This document shows, in pieces, positions 25,443-37,769 of a stretch of 64,000 nt of DNA. The stretch lies in assembly GCA_963833425.1 (NCBI GenBank), contig CAWHXP010000004.1:21681-85680 (forward strand), written 5' to 3'. A model generated the notes under the pieces. That model ran no database searches and was not told the DNA's origin. It saw nothing but the letters and a program-made list of their open reading frames with translations. The stretch comes from an uncultured Methanosarcinaceae archaeon (GTDB lineage Archaea; Halobacteriota; Methanosarcinia; Methanosarcinales; Methanosarcinaceae). The translations under genes and the position numbers were made by a program. Positions within the stretch are counted from its first letter, which is position 1; every line of letters starts with the position of its first letter.

Positions 25443-26294
25443 TTGCTAACGGATATTTCTGTTCTTCATGATTATTAGAAAATAGAGAGTTAATCGTTCT
25501 GATCCGATCAAATTATTATTTGATAAGGTGTAAGAGTGGGTGGGTCTAATTTAGTTCGGTATTAGGGAATATAAAGATTGTATTTTTTTTCTTGCCAGAA
25601 GGTATTTATTTTTTTTATTTAAATTATTAACTTTTTATACAATTTAGACTAAATACTAGTTAAATATCATTGTACGATCATTATAAAATAGGGATCAAAT
25701 CTCAAAGCTTTAAGATGATGAAAGAGATGTAGAAGGGAGCTTGTTGAAGAACAAACTGCTCAAAAAAAATGCTCCAAAAATAAAAAAATATAATACGTTT
25801 TACTCCAGTAGAGTACCAGTAGCTGCTGAGGAAATAATATTTTTCCAAAATATCATTATTAACTAAATGATTTATATTTTAAGTTACTTTCGCACTGTAA
25901 CATGGAACGAAGTTTTGTAAATATTTGTGTCTGTATATAGACATCGAATTTTAAGAGATTACATTTTTTTCTTCATGTAAAGATATAAATAATTCAAAGA
26001 TATAGATCCTGAAAAAGGTTCTAAAGATAGTATTTTTGATTCCATTTATGTTTTTAACATACGTTATTTGTAAATGCTGTGCTTAAGTCGGTGAAAAATT
26101 GTATATTCCCATAAGCATGTAATGATCCAGTTCGTAAAAATGTAGCTATGAAGCAAGAAACACTTGAATATTTTTCATTGCGCATATTTTAATTTACTAA
26201 AACTCTGCAAAAGCAAAATTTTTGTCAACGACGGTTAAGAATTTACTATTTTCTGTGGTTTAAAATTCCTTAGTTCGTAATTCTGATCTTCTTT

Positions 26295-26400
26295 TTGGTG
26301 CCCACGTTACATGACCTTTGTTCCATTTGGGTTGACTGCGCCTCCATAAGGAGCGATGTTCTACAGGTACGCTGGCCGTAACTATGTTAGATGCTGTTAA
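26295..26400 (-). pseudogene. YVTN repeat relic
   Basis: Reads ASNIVTASVPVE-IAPYGGAVNPNGTKV-(Y)VT with indels. Confidence 0.55.
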
Positions 26401-26603
26401 CATGGACGTACTGAAATATGGAGGGCCATCTCTTTTTATTTCCTAGCTTTTTAACATTCGGCAGTAATTATTTAAGTTTTTTAATATCTGAGTGAAATAA
26501 TTTAGTGCATTTAAGATTAATGTTACTCTACATCCACCGGTTCTGTCACTAGGATTAAGGACTTCGTTACATTAATTGGAACAGTCGCTTATGTTATATT
26601 ATA

Positions 26604-27732
26604 GAGAATTTCGATAACCTCCATGCTCTTGAGCATGGTTGACTTTAAATTTGTCAATATTTATGTATATTCATGAAAACTCTTACTGATTTTACTCTTA
26701 AAGAAGAGTATAAACATCTTGAATCTGTTGGAGATAAGCTTGTTGAAATTGATTTCTTAATTGATTGGAAAACTTTTCGTATTATTCTTGAGTCTATGTA
26801 TATTAACAAAACCGTTTCATGAGGGAGACCTGAAACTGATGTCATTGTGATGTTCAAAATGCTTGTTTTACAACAATGGCATGAGCTCTCTGATTTTGAA
26901 CTTGAGAAACAGTGTATAGATCGAATTTCTTTTAGGAAATTCCTTGGATTTCTGGAATACATACCTGACAGTACTACTGTATGGCTATTTAGGGAGAGAA
27001 TTATCGAAAATTTCAAAGAAAATATGGGAAAAGTTGCAAAGCCAACTTGATACTCTGGGTTTCCAGATAAAGCATGGACTGATTCAGGATGTTACTTTTA
27101 TCCATTCAGATCCATGACATGCAAAAGCAGAGAGATGAGGCAAAAACAAGAAGAAACAGAGACGGAACCTGGACAAAGAAGGGAGGTAAGTCTCACTTTG
27201 GATATAAGCTTCATAATATAATAGACAGAGATTATGAGCTGATCAGAAGATTCAAACAACAACTGCGTCAGTACATGATTCGTATGTAGATTTGACAGAG
27301 GAAAATGAAGTGGTTTATAAGGACAGAGGATACTTTGGAGCAAAAACTAAAGGGTATAATGCAACAATGAAAAGAGCAGTCAAAAGACATACTCTGGGAA
27401 TAAAGGATATATTAAGAAATAAGGGAATTAGCTCAAAAAGAGTCAAAGGGGAAAGAGGTTGTTCAGTAACTAAAGAAATTTTCAAAGCAGGAAGAGTTTT
27501 TGTTACTACTGTTAAAAGAGTAAATCTAAAAATGTTGTGTACGGCTTTTTGTTATAATCACCATCAATTGAGGAAATTGAAAAAAAAATATATTGAAGAT
27601 AGCGGAAGCTATATTTAAAATCAAAGAATTGAGAATAAATAAAGCCAAAAAGAGGAATTAAATAGAGAAATTGAGGGGAAGATATGATAAATTACATCTA
27701 AGAAATAAAATCCGAAGTTTATCAAAATCCTC
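26604..27732 (+). mobile_element. IS5-family element, full length, transposase pseudogenised
   Basis: TIRs gagaatttcgataacctc / gaagtttatcaaaatcctc flanked by TA. Fragments MFKMLVLQQW..LSDFELEKQ..DRISFRKFLG..PDSTTVWLFRE, RDGTWTKKGGKSHFGYKLH, VYKDRGYFG, with stops and frameshifts. Confidence 0.9.
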
Positions 27733-27775
27733 TATTAGATTATTAGTAGATCTCGGCCGCATACATCATACCTAA

Positions 27776-28714
27776 TTATTTGACAACTGCACACGCAAAA
27801 TACCCATGCTCTTGTGCATGATATCCATCAGTGCGTCCTTGGAAATAACGCTCCTCGATGTCTTCTGGGCTCAAGTTTTCAAGGAGATGGAATCCTAAAC
27901 CCGATAGGTCTTCGGCTAAAGTTGATGGATTGAAACCAGTTAACATTGGTTCTCCTATATTCCGCAAAAATTCCAATGATTCTTTCATCTTTGGAGACAT
28001 TTTTTCTGGAATAAACGCATAGGTATCTAAGTAATCGAAAACAACTATACTACCTGCAGGGGCAACCCCAGAAATGGAACGCAGTGTTCTGAATACTTCA
28101 TCTAGGGTCAAGAAATAAGTGACACCAAGCCAATTAAAAAAGCTTTTAATTTTGGGGTCATACGATGATGAGCTAGTCAGTGCTGTTACTAGGCTTTCCT
28201 TCGTGAAATCCATGGGAATAAAATGTAATTTTGCTGGATGTTTCCATCCCAATTCGACAAGTCGATGAAGCTTAAATTCTTGTGTGGCAGGATGATCAAC
28301 CTCAAATACTTCCAAGTGTTCCATCATTTCAGATTGCCTGAATGCAAAGGTATCCATACCCGCTCCAAGAATTACATACTGTTTTACACCTTGATTGACG
28401 GCTTTTTCTAGGGCATCTTCCGCATATCGCGCACGGCTGCTGAAAGTGCCAGCAAATTCATGAGCTGCTTGTTCTAACGATTTTACGGTAATTGTTTGTC
28501 CTGAGTGCGATGCAGTAGTCTCAGTATCATTTAACTGTTGATCCCAAGTCCAACATTGGTCAATCCAATATTGTTCAATTAATGCAATTTTTTCATTGGG
28601 TATCAAATTATAAGCTAGGTAATCATCAAAGATTTTGTTTTTAGCATGCAGAGAGTGATAGGCACGCATGTAGGCCACCGACATCGCAGTGAAGCTAGCT
28701 TGGTCTTCTTTCAT
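27776..28714 (-). CDS. Class I SAM-dependent methyltransferase (leucine carboxyl methyltransferase / Ppm1-like family)
   Basis: SFTAMSVAYMRA, QYVILGAGMDTFAFR, FEVDHPATQEFK, WLGVTYFL. Confidence 0.9.
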   Translation of the reverse strand: MKEDQASFTAMSVAYMRAYHSLHAKNKIFDDYLAYNLIPNEKIALIEQYWIDQCWTWDQQLNDTETTASHSGQTITVKSLEQAAHEFAGTFSSRARYAEDALEKAVNQGVKQYVILGAGMDTFAFRQSEMMEHLEVFEVDHPATQEFKLHRLVELGWKHPAKLHFIPMDFTKESLVTALTSSSSYDPKIKSFFNWLGVTYFLTLDEVFRTLRSISGVAPAGSIVVFDYLDTYAFIPEKMSPKMKESLEFLRNIGEPMLTGFNPSTLAEDLSGLGFHLLENLSPEDIEERYFQGRTDGYHAQEHGYFACAVVK

Positions 28715-28812
28715 TCAATTACCTCTTTTTACAGTTTTCTTTCACAAATTGATATGTTTGCATATTAAAAATTTATACTTGCATATTTAGTAATAATTTT
28801 ATTCCTTCATAC

Positions 28813-29001
28813 ATGATAAATTTTGCATACTTCGTCATAATTTCTCACATAATTTCTTCTTTGATTTTAATCCACAGCTTAATAGGAATTGTGGCTTTAG
28901 CTATGGGATTTATATATACAATAAATATAAAAGCTTGGAAACCAAAAGAGGATGAAAAACTGAAAGAAATATCCACATTTTTGAAGCTTTTTGGATTATA
29001 A
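28813..29001 (+). pseudogene. Fragment of a small membrane protein
   Basis: Hydrophobic segment LILIHSLIGIVALAMGFIYTIN; the surrounding sequence looks eroded. Confidence 0.3.
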
Positions 29002-29130
29002 ACTTGATATCAGGCACTTTTATGTGTTAATTAGTTTGTTCAGTCACTAGGTTCGTTGTAAACACAATCGCATTGAAATGACTACTAAAAGGGCAGATTG
29101 AGGATTCCACTACGACACGCACGATAGGTA

Positions 29131-29586
29131 TTATTCCAAGCCTTGGATCTTTTCAAATTTCACGGGTGAAAATCCCTTTTCTTTATTTGCAACTCTTCTA
29201 ACAGAAACGCCTTCTACCTCGAGGACAAATGCTTCAACGACCATAAAAACCTCGGTTTGACCTCTCAAACATCCCAATTTGACACTATCTTCACGGCCTG
29301 CTCCTACATGCAAGTGGATCTTCGGTTTTCCGTCTTCAAGAAATATGTTCCCGATTCCAAGAATCTCATGTACATCATCAAAACCAGACCATAGAGGGTC
29401 TGGAGGTATAACGCTTTTTTTTGGGCCTGTAACAAGTTTACCCTCTTTTGATGCACCGATCAGTGTAAAAAAAGCTGACTCAATATGTTCCAGTTCTGCA
29501 AATTTGATCAGTTCCATAATCAGGTCATCTTTATGATCAATCCTGACTGTAAAGACCCTGCCTATTCTACATGTTGCATACTCCAT
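29131..29586 (-). CDS. PPC domain (DUF296) protein
   Basis: GRVFTVRI, HEILGIGNI, PKIHLH, FMVVEAFV. Confidence 0.85.
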   Translation of the reverse strand: MEYATCRIGRVFTVRIDHKDDLIMELIKFAELEHIESAFFTLIGASKEGKLVTGPKKSVIPPDPLWSGFDDVHEILGIGNIFLEDGKPKIHLHVGAGREDSVKLGCLRGQTEVFMVVEAFVLEVEGVSVRRVANKEKGFSPVKFEKIQGLE

Positions 29587-29928
29587 ATTTTATCCTCATT
29601 GATCAATAATAACTCAGAGTTCCAGTTGGCATATCGTATGAATAAGAATGCTCTTGCCTGAATCTGTAACTCAATAATTACCTTGAATCCCTCTTTTTAA
29701 TTATTCGATTCACATCGTCAAGTACACTAAATTCAATTCAATATTTATAAATTAGTGCACGTTCTTTAGCTAGATAATTGAACGTTCTTCTGGCATGTTT
29801 TTTTCACGTCTTCAAAACCATTGTATTAAAAATAGAGGATCTCTTAAGTAAAGAGCTTTTGGGCGGATATTTATACCGAAACTCTCTTGAGTCAAGGCAG
29901 ATCTCTTGCTTTTCAAATATCGAATATT

Positions 29929-30814
29929 TTATTTACTCCGATCCCTTCTACTTACAATATAAGCAGCTGTGATAATTAAACAGCAGCCTATAAGAGTTGA
30001 GAGATATACTGAATTTTTTAAAATAGTAATATCAAAAAAGATTCCTGAGACTGGTTCTAAAAGAGCAAAAATACTACCTGTTTGTGCATTTATTCTTGAA
30101 ATTCCTCTGAGATAGATAACAGCAGCGAATGTAATAGTAAAACCGAATATCACCAGAGTATTAAGATTTTCAATGAAAAGGGGGAGAGGAGTGAAAAGTG
30201 CAGACTGGAAGCATAATGAGGAGACTTATAACAGTAATCCAAAAAGTCTGAGTTATCGCTGTGTAATCGTGCCTCAGGTAACGGGCCATGATTATAGTTG
30301 TACCAAATGATAGCCCTGCCAGTAGACCGAAAATAATGCCTTTCGGGAAATTGGATCCTGTATCCACGCTCATTAGAACTTCTCCAGGGCGGGCAATAAG
30401 TAACACTCCTGTAACAGCAAGTAGAAGCGGTAAAAAGCTTTTTCTACTATTTTTTTCCCCGAGAATCGTGGGAGCAAGCAGACTAACATACACGGGAGCT
30501 GTATAAAGCAGAAGGACTGCAACGGACATCCCACTATATTTTATGGAAGAGAAGTAGCATATGCCTGTAATTGTATTCAGGAGACCCAGTAGAATTAGGT
30601 ACCGTCTATTTTCCCTAAACCTAAGCTGGCCTAGCCCCCTACGGAATAACAGGTAAACAAAAATCATGCAGAGGCCAAAAAAAGATGTTGAGAAAATGAT
30701 AGATTCAATAGACAGTCCCTGTAACTTATTTAGGAAAACGCCTATAGAACCGTAGATAATACTGCTAATTACAACTTCTGAATAGGGCTTATAAGAACCT
30801 TCCTTCACAGACAT
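29929..30814 (-). CDS. EamA/DMT family transporter, split by one extra base near 30205
   Basis: AVLLLYTAPVYV..LGEK in the first ORF and GSIFALLEPVSG in the second. Removing one base gives LPSALFTPLPLFIENLNTLVIFG. Confidence 0.85.
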
Positions 30815-31541
30815 ACTCGAGGATTAAAGGACCGCAGATTTATATTTTTTGGACACGATACAGGATCATGAGTAACAAAAGTTTTGGCAATTGAAAAATC
30901 TGGAAAGAAGACATTGTTACAAATGCGGAAATTGAAAACATACGCTTTGCTACAAAATCTGTGCATCAATGAAACAACAAAGGCATAAACATTGTCATCA
31001 CAACTATTGACTCTGCATCCGACTTTTTATGGCGAAAGAAAAAAGATATAAAGTCAATCAGATTTACAGAACTTTGGGTATACTGCCTAATTACTTACTT
31101 GCATAGGACTTTTTTGACTTGCATGGCTATTTCCTCCAAATACTTTGGATCGGCATCGGAAACTTCTAAGAATGAAAAAAATCTAGTTCTTCTGTATCTT
31201 TTTCTAGTTTTAGGCCGGTTGCTTGATCAAGAACCAGAGCACATTGACTACTAAATTTGTCGCCTAGTTTTAGCACATAATTACATCAGGTGCATCTCTC
31301 TTGTAACGTGCCTTTCATCTCTGTTTTGAGTCCATATTTCTCAAAAATGCTGTTATTGATTCCCTTATCCGTGAAATTTGCATAAATTTTTAACATTTGA
31401 GTACTACCACAATAGGTTCTCTGCTCTGTGTTTGGATCCATTCAACAGAGTAGCACAAATAAAGACATCTTATTACTTAACATATAAAATTTGGACGTGA
31501 GTATCCTGGCTTCGTTATCAATCTCCACACGATACACGACT

Positions 31542-32564
31542 TTAGTCTGTGTATTCCCCTACTATAGGAATATTCTCTCCACATGTGGGACATGTCTTTT
31601 CAGGTGTGATCTCGTATTTTTCTATTGCGAATAAACCGCGTGATATCAATATTTTCCCACAATTAGGACAGAAGGTATTATTTCGATCACTCCCTGGAAC
31701 GTTGCCCAAGTAGACATAATTCAATCCTTCTTCATTTGCAATTTGACAAGCTTCCTGCATGGTTTGCACAGGTGTCGGAGAGAGATTTTGCATCTGATAC
31801 TGGGGATGGAAACGGGTAAAGTGTAGGGGAGTTTCAGGTCCCATATTTTTGTATACCCACCGTGAAAGTCCCCTCAGCTCTTCTAAGGAATCATTGATTC
31901 CAGGAATAATAAGAGTCGTAATTTCTATGTGGATTCCCAGCTTTTTTGCAAAGGCAGAAGCCTCAAGTACAGGCCCTAGTTTTGCGCTGGCAACATCGTG
32001 ATAAAACTTTTCATTGAATGCTTTGATATCGATATTAGCCGCATCTAGATAGGGAGCTATATGAAGGAGAGCTTCAGGAGTCATATACCCGTTTGTCACA
32101 TATACTGTTGTAAGTCCTACATTTTTTGCTAATTTTGAACACTCATAAGTGTATTCGTGCCAGATTGTAGGCTCATTATAAGTCCAGGCAATTGATCTTG
32201 ATTTTGTGATAAGTGCCTTTTCTACCAGCTCTTCAGGAGGAATATCAATTGTGTAAGAATCCTCCAGGCAAGCCTGAGAAATCGACCAATTTTGGCAATG
32301 TTTACAGCGGAAATTACACCCTATTGACCCGACTGAATAGGCATAAGACCCTGGATAATAGTGATACAGGGGCTTCTTTTCTATAGGATCAATTGCTTCG
32401 CTTGATACAGTACCGTAAATAAGAGAATACAAACTCCCTCCTCTGTTTTCCCTGACCTTGCAAAAACCTCTTTTTCCGAGTGAAATTTTGCAACTATGAG
32501 CACATAGACTACAGTGTACCCTATTGTCTTCGAGTTTTTCGTACAACATGGCTTCTTTTATCAC
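31542..32564 (-). CDS. amrS: AmmeMemoRadiSam system radical SAM enzyme
   Basis: CSLCAHSC, DPIEKKPLYH, GCNFRCKHCQNWSISQ, TYNEPTIW, PLHFTRFHP, YVYLGNV. Confidence 0.9.
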   Translation of the reverse strand: MIKEAMLYEKLEDNRVHCSLCAHSCKISLGKRGFCKVRENRGGSLYSLIYGTVSSEAIDPIEKKPLYHYYPGSYAYSVGSIGCNFRCKHCQNWSISQACLEDSYTIDIPPEELVEKALITKSRSIAWTYNEPTIWHEYTYECSKLAKNVGLTTVYVTNGYMTPEALLHIAPYLDAANIDIKAFNEKFYHDVASAKLGPVLEASAFAKKLGIHIEITTLIIPGINDSLEELRGLSRWVYKNMGPETPLHFTRFHPQYQMQNLSPTPVQTMQEACQIANEEGLNYVYLGNVPGSDRNNTFCPNCGKILISRGLFAIEKYEITPEKTCPTCGENIPIVGEYTD

Positions 32565-33161
32565 ACGAATCCCAATTGGAGATTGTTTCCAAGTATAATA
32601 ATAGTTGTTGTCATAATTTTTTTATAAATTTTAATATCTTCTGAAATCATCAAAATTTACCACTAATATCACTGATAATTGAATGCAATCAATACAAAAA
32701 ACAAGAAATGAATCAAAACTTCGGTGGCTCAGAACACACAATTGCTTGCAGCGGAGTGGCCAACAAAATTTTGATCTTTCAATGCAATATGCCTATAAAC
32801 ACCTATATCTCCCCTAACTATGTGACCCTTTTCTGGTTTGCCAGTATTAGGATATGCTTTATAGTTGGTTCTCTGGATCTTTTATTTCTTTCTTCACAAA
32901 GCCCATTCTGAAATTTACCCCATAATCTTCAAATCTTTGATAATTTTATACATAATATTCAATACACCAAGATCCAAAGACCATGATTCTTGGGACCTTC
33001 CAAGACAACTTTTAAGATAGTAGCAGAAAGCTGTGAATAAGAGGCAACAGCCGTATTAAAGGTCATTGAGAAAATATATTGCATTATTGTATACATCGTA
33101 GAAGACGAAAAAAAAACCATACTCAGGAATTAGTTTCTTATCTTGACATGGGGTTAGACTG

Positions 33162-33254
33162 CAGAAGATTTCGATAAACCATTGATTTTTACCATTAATT
33201 TATGACCTACTAATGAGTATATTGCTAAATATCGAAATTTATCAAAATTCTCTG
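33162..33254. mobile_element. ~93-bp IS5-end MITE
   Basis: cagaagatttcgataaacc...aaatttatcaaaattctctg. Confidence 0.6.
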
Positions 33255-33435
33255 TATATTTGTGTACATCTGCAGAATTTCGAATTTTTTAAAATCACAA
33301 CAACAAAATAATTTATCTGTATAACAAATTGATACAGGAGTATCAGGATCTGAAATGCAAGGAAAAATTGGCTTTCATGGTGGCTCTTCTGAGACTTTAT
33401 GAAGCACTATTAGGATAAAGAGCCTTCCAGAGCTA

Positions 33436-34950
33436 TCATAATCCAAGAGTTTTTAAACCGACAGAGATAATATCCCTGGGATCAATCCCAGTAATCTGCA
33501 TTATGACATAGCCTCCAAGTAAAGCACCAGCTATGCTTCCTATATTCGCGAAGCTAGCGACGAGAAGGATCCTCATTACCCTATTTTTGAATATATCACT
33601 GAAAGATTCTACTGCTAAAAGAGCTTTTATATCTGATGCTTTAGGATTTTGATGTTTCGCTTCCACCAGGCCAGCAAACCAACCTGCGTGTGGAGTTGTT
33701 ATCCATGCAACCAAAAAGGATGTCAAAATAGAGTTACGATGGCCTCCGGCGAGCAAAGTACCCAATGCGCTCAGGATTCCGGTGATAATGAACCAACATA
33801 CAAAAGCTATCAAAAAAAGTTTAAGTGGGATGCCAGAAAGAAGCATTAATAAAAAAAATGCAACTATAAGACCAACAAAAATAAAGCCAATTATTTTACT
33901 AATGCCAAAGCTTTTCTTGGGAATTTCCATGAGAGTATCCAGGGGAGGAATATCTTTTGGATTTTTTAGATAGTTCATCACTCCGACTTTGTGTCCTGCT
34001 CCGATTACTGCAACGACAGTTTTGTTTCCGCCCTCGGCAGCTTTAATGATATTTCCTGCAAGATATGCATCCCTTTCATCAATTAGAACACTGGCTGCAG
34101 TAGGAGCAAAGCCTCTTAGCTCACTAACAAGTTCAGCTACAAAATCCGGCTCTGTAATATGATCTATATCGATATCTGTCCCTTTTCCAATCTCTATAAG
34201 GCCGCCTAGCAGTGAGCCGATCATTCTTATTTTCTCCAAGAACATCATCTTCCCCCAAAAACGTTGAAGTGTCACTTGAATTTCTCGGTCAACCAAAGCA
34301 ACCTCAGCAGAAATAGACTTTGCTTCCTCCATCGCTAAAAGCATCTCAGCACCGGGTTTTACTTTCATATCCTCCCCTATTTTTTTCTGCAATTGGGCAA
34401 GTAACCAGTGAATAAAATAGTAATAGATCTTCCCACCAGAAAGAAGTTCCTTAATCAGAAGCTGGTCTTCCTGCTCATTTCCCTCTAGAGAATCATAACG
34501 TCCTCTGCATAGCTCAACAGCTACGACATCTGGTTTTAGATTTCTGATAACAGCCTTAACATCGGCAATACTCTTCTCCGAAACGTGGGCTGTACCTACG
34601 AGCACGATTTTTGAAACCTGAGACTCACATTGGTATCCATCAAGAGATTTTGTACTTGAAGAAATTGAAATTTCCGAAGCCGACTCAGGAAGATGTTCTG
34701 AAAGGAATTCAGAGCTATTATTAAGCCTTTCTTCAATCTTCTCTGGTTTTACTGTGAGTACCGGAACAGAAACCTCAGTTTCTTCAGGCATTCATTGAAT
34801 TATCAGAGAGTCTTAGACATCTCGACAGAAACAACGCTTTCTGTGGATTCGGATACAGATTCGTCCATAAAATATATTAACTCCTGAAATGAGCTATGAA
34901 AATTATAGTCAAGGTCCTTCCCCTGAGAATAAGTAATTTCAGTTTTGATC
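33436..34950 (-). CDS. TraB/GumN (PrgY-like) family membrane protein; N-terminal extension out of frame near 34790-34805
   Basis: LVGTAHVS, PDVVAVELC, KPGAEM, LVDREI, LIDERDAY, VAVIGAGH plus TM C-terminus. Upstream MIKTEITYSQ.. segment is offset by a net +2 bases; the intact ORF is 33436-34791. Confidence 0.85.
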
Positions 34951-35483
34951 ATTATCAATCTTTCTGCTCGATGAATTAAAGGTGATGATGAGAACAAATC
35001 ACTGATAGAATGTATTTGCGGATCTTCAATACTTTTATTTCATTTATTCGAATGATATAAAATTTTTGAATAAAATTTGATAGCTATTCGACCTGAGCAA
35101 AACAATTCCTATACCCTCTTTACGAAGATTTACTGAGCAAATTTAGGTGGGCTGATTTTCTTCAACAGTCAGCTATTGATCATTTATTTTATTACCTCAT
35201 GAGTTAGTAATTCAGAATTATCTATAGCGTCAAATGGATAACTTAAACAGCTTTTATGAAAGCTGATAGTTACGAAATTCGAATTACGTAAAGCAGAATT
35301 TGACTTCTTCACATTTCCTTCCAAAATCTATCGCGAATTAAATTTGTACTTCTATTTATTTTACATGCTAATAAATACCAGAATACTCTGCTAAGTCAAA
35401 CTATAATTCTACAGGGAAATACTTTTCTGGAAAGAATCTTCAGCATTTCACTAAAATCTAATCCTTACCTTTACTCCATCCAT

Positions 35484-36360
35484 TTACCTCATATATTCAT
35501 CTACTATCTGACCTTTTAAATGTAATCTCAGCCATTTCTCAATGAAAAGCACAAACACATCAAATCTAAACTTTTTGTGATCTACTGCATTATGTTCTCG
35601 TTCGATAAACACAATATATTTTTTATTGAGGTATAACCATATGTTTCTGAGTAGGAAAGATATCATAGCATAAAATATATGAAAGTTGCATTTTAGATAA
35701 AGTTCTTGGTTTAAATACATTTCCTATCCTGTACAATGATTTAATAGCAAATCTTCTTCTGTAAACCATAATAATCCCATTTGGAGATCACTTGACTCCA
35801 AAAGCTACAAAACCAAGCTTCACATCTCCTATCCATTTTTGTTCTATAATGATACTTGGCATCACTAACCATATTCGAAAGAATCTTTTGTAGGGAATTT
35901 CATAATATATTATCCACTAAGTACCTTATTCCCCTCAAGGATCTGTTTTTACTGCCTTCCATTTTTATCTCTAGATTATGGATAATCACGAATGCAACAT
36001 TTTTTAGGCAGGGAATGAAGAGAATCCTTAGATACTTCTTTTTTCTTTGACCTTCTGAATCATCGCTTCTTTGTAAGATTAGTTTGTTTTTGGCGCATAG
36101 TCCAAGTTGTGTTATCATCCCTTAAAGAGACTGATAGATTGAATTAAACAATTTTATCCACGACTACAGTCCGATAATTTATCACATCGTTTTGATTCCT
36201 CTCAAGTAGAAATACAATATATTTTTATCCAGATAAATTTATTTCTTCATATTACTTCAGTTAAGAACAGAAATAATTTCGGTTCAAATAAATGAGAAAA
36301 GCCGCTATAAACCCACTTCTGCAGAAGTAAGCAAGAATGCTATCTATTTTTCAATATAAC
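35484..36360 (-). mobile_element. ISH3-family transposase remnant
   Basis: C-terminal FYAMISFLLRNIWLYL..KFRFD..FIEKWLR resembles Methanosarcina ISH3-type transposases; the upstream part is broken. Confidence 0.65.
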
Positions 36361-36515
36361 AATGGCTTAAAAATTAATCTAGCTTCCAATCAATCAAGGT
36401 GTGAAAATGGGCAAATAAATTATACATATGTGTACATTTGCAGAATGTAGATATAAACAATTGAAGCTGAATAAATACCGTTAAAAGAAAAAAGGAACCC
36501 ACTTTTCTGCATTTC

Positions 36516-36824
36516 TCAGGGTTCAGAAACTTCCTTTGGCTTCTCAGCGGATCTCTGGATTTCGTCAAGAAGCTGGTCGTCAGTTTTATCCTTTATATCA
36601 ATTCCAAGCTTTTCAGCTGTTTCCTGTAATTTGGTCTTCTTTAAAGTTGTGGATTCACTTAAAGATTTTTCAAACTCTCTCAGGTTTCTTTCGGATTCCG
36701 TCTGGGCTTTTTTAAATTCTCCCATGGAGCTTCCCATTGATCGGGCTAGTTCTGGAAGTTTGTTTGCCCCAAAAAGAAGTATAATTACTCCAAAAATCAC
36801 TATAAGTTCAGTTGATCCGATCAT
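36516..36824 (-). CDS. tatA: Sec-independent translocase TatA
   Basis: MIGSTELIVI..LLFGANKLPELARSMG..GEFKKA. Confidence 0.92.
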   Translation of the reverse strand: MIGSTELIVIFGVIILLFGANKLPELARSMGSSMGEFKKAQTESERNLREFEKSLSESTTLKKTKLQETAEKLGIDIKDKTDDQLLDEIQRSAEKPKEVSEP

Positions 36825-37112
36825 AGCTTGACCTCAAATATTTCGTTTTCTTAAATAGATTTAATGTTTTAGATGGTTGATTTCTGATCTGAAAATTGTT
36901 GATACCATCAAGTTGCATTAATATTTTTTTAGTTTAATGTAGTTTCTATTTTTGAAGTATTTTATTTTGAGTTATTATTTGGCAATATTTTATACTAAAT
37001 ACTCCTTTATATGTAATTTTTTAATTTTTCCGTCGTATAAATTTTCATTTTAGCTTTATCCCAGAATTCAAGTCGTTCAGGAATTTCCCCATTTTTTAGA
37101 TGAATTACTTCA

Positions 37113-37201
37113 ATCGGATTTCGATAAACTTCTAATTTTCACAGACCAATTACCCACATTTATAAGCGTGTACAAAAATTAGGGTTTATTGACAATCCCC
37201 T
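37113..37201. mobile_element. ~89-bp IS5-end MITE
   Basis: cggatttcgataaacttctaatttt...aaaattagggtttattgacaatcccct. Confidence 0.6.
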
Positions 37202-37352
37202 TTAATGTATTTTCCTTGTTTGATTTTTGGAGTGTCCATTAATCATTGACAGATTGTGAAAAACGAATACTATTCACTGAGTCGGGGGAAACGAAAAGAG
37301 ATTAATATACTCACTGTTTTCTGTAACTGGTGGACAACACCTATTTTTTAAT

Positions 37353-37640
37353 TTATTGCTTTATGCTGTTTTCAATTTCTTTTTTTTCATTTTTCTCTTT
37401 TTCTTGGAGGTTAGTTTCGTATTTCTCTTTGTCCTCCTCTTTATTGTTGAGAGTTATTTTATTTTCGGCTTTTCGAGTATAGGCATCGAATTCCGTCAGT
37501 TGCATCTCACTAGCACGCTGTGCTTTTTTAAACTCCCCTACTGCACTCCCGAGAGATCGCGCAAGCTCCGGAAGCTTCTGTGGACCGAATAGGAAGAGAG
37601 CAGCAATTAGGATTACGATCAATTCGGTATAGCCTATCAT
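37353..37640 (-). CDS. tatA: Sec-independent translocase TatA/TatB-like
   Basis: MIGYTELIVI..FLFGPQKLPELARSLG..GEFKKA. Confidence 0.9.
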   Translation of the reverse strand: MIGYTELIVILIAALFLFGPQKLPELARSLGSAVGEFKKAQRASEMQLTEFDAYTRKAENKITLNNKEEDKEKYETNLQEKEKNEKKEIENSIKQ

Positions 37641-37769
37641 TATTTGTTACTATCAGCGTTCAAATATAAAAATTCTTGTAAAATGATTGGCAGACAAACC
37701 TATCTGGAAATTTTATTAAAAAGCTTGCTTTTTTAATAAAATTCAATTTTTCAAATCGACAAATTGTAT

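Noticed and set aside
24740..27732. Integrative element at tRNA-Pro
   Set aside because: No integrase and no duplicated tRNA 3' end (att) were seen in the window.
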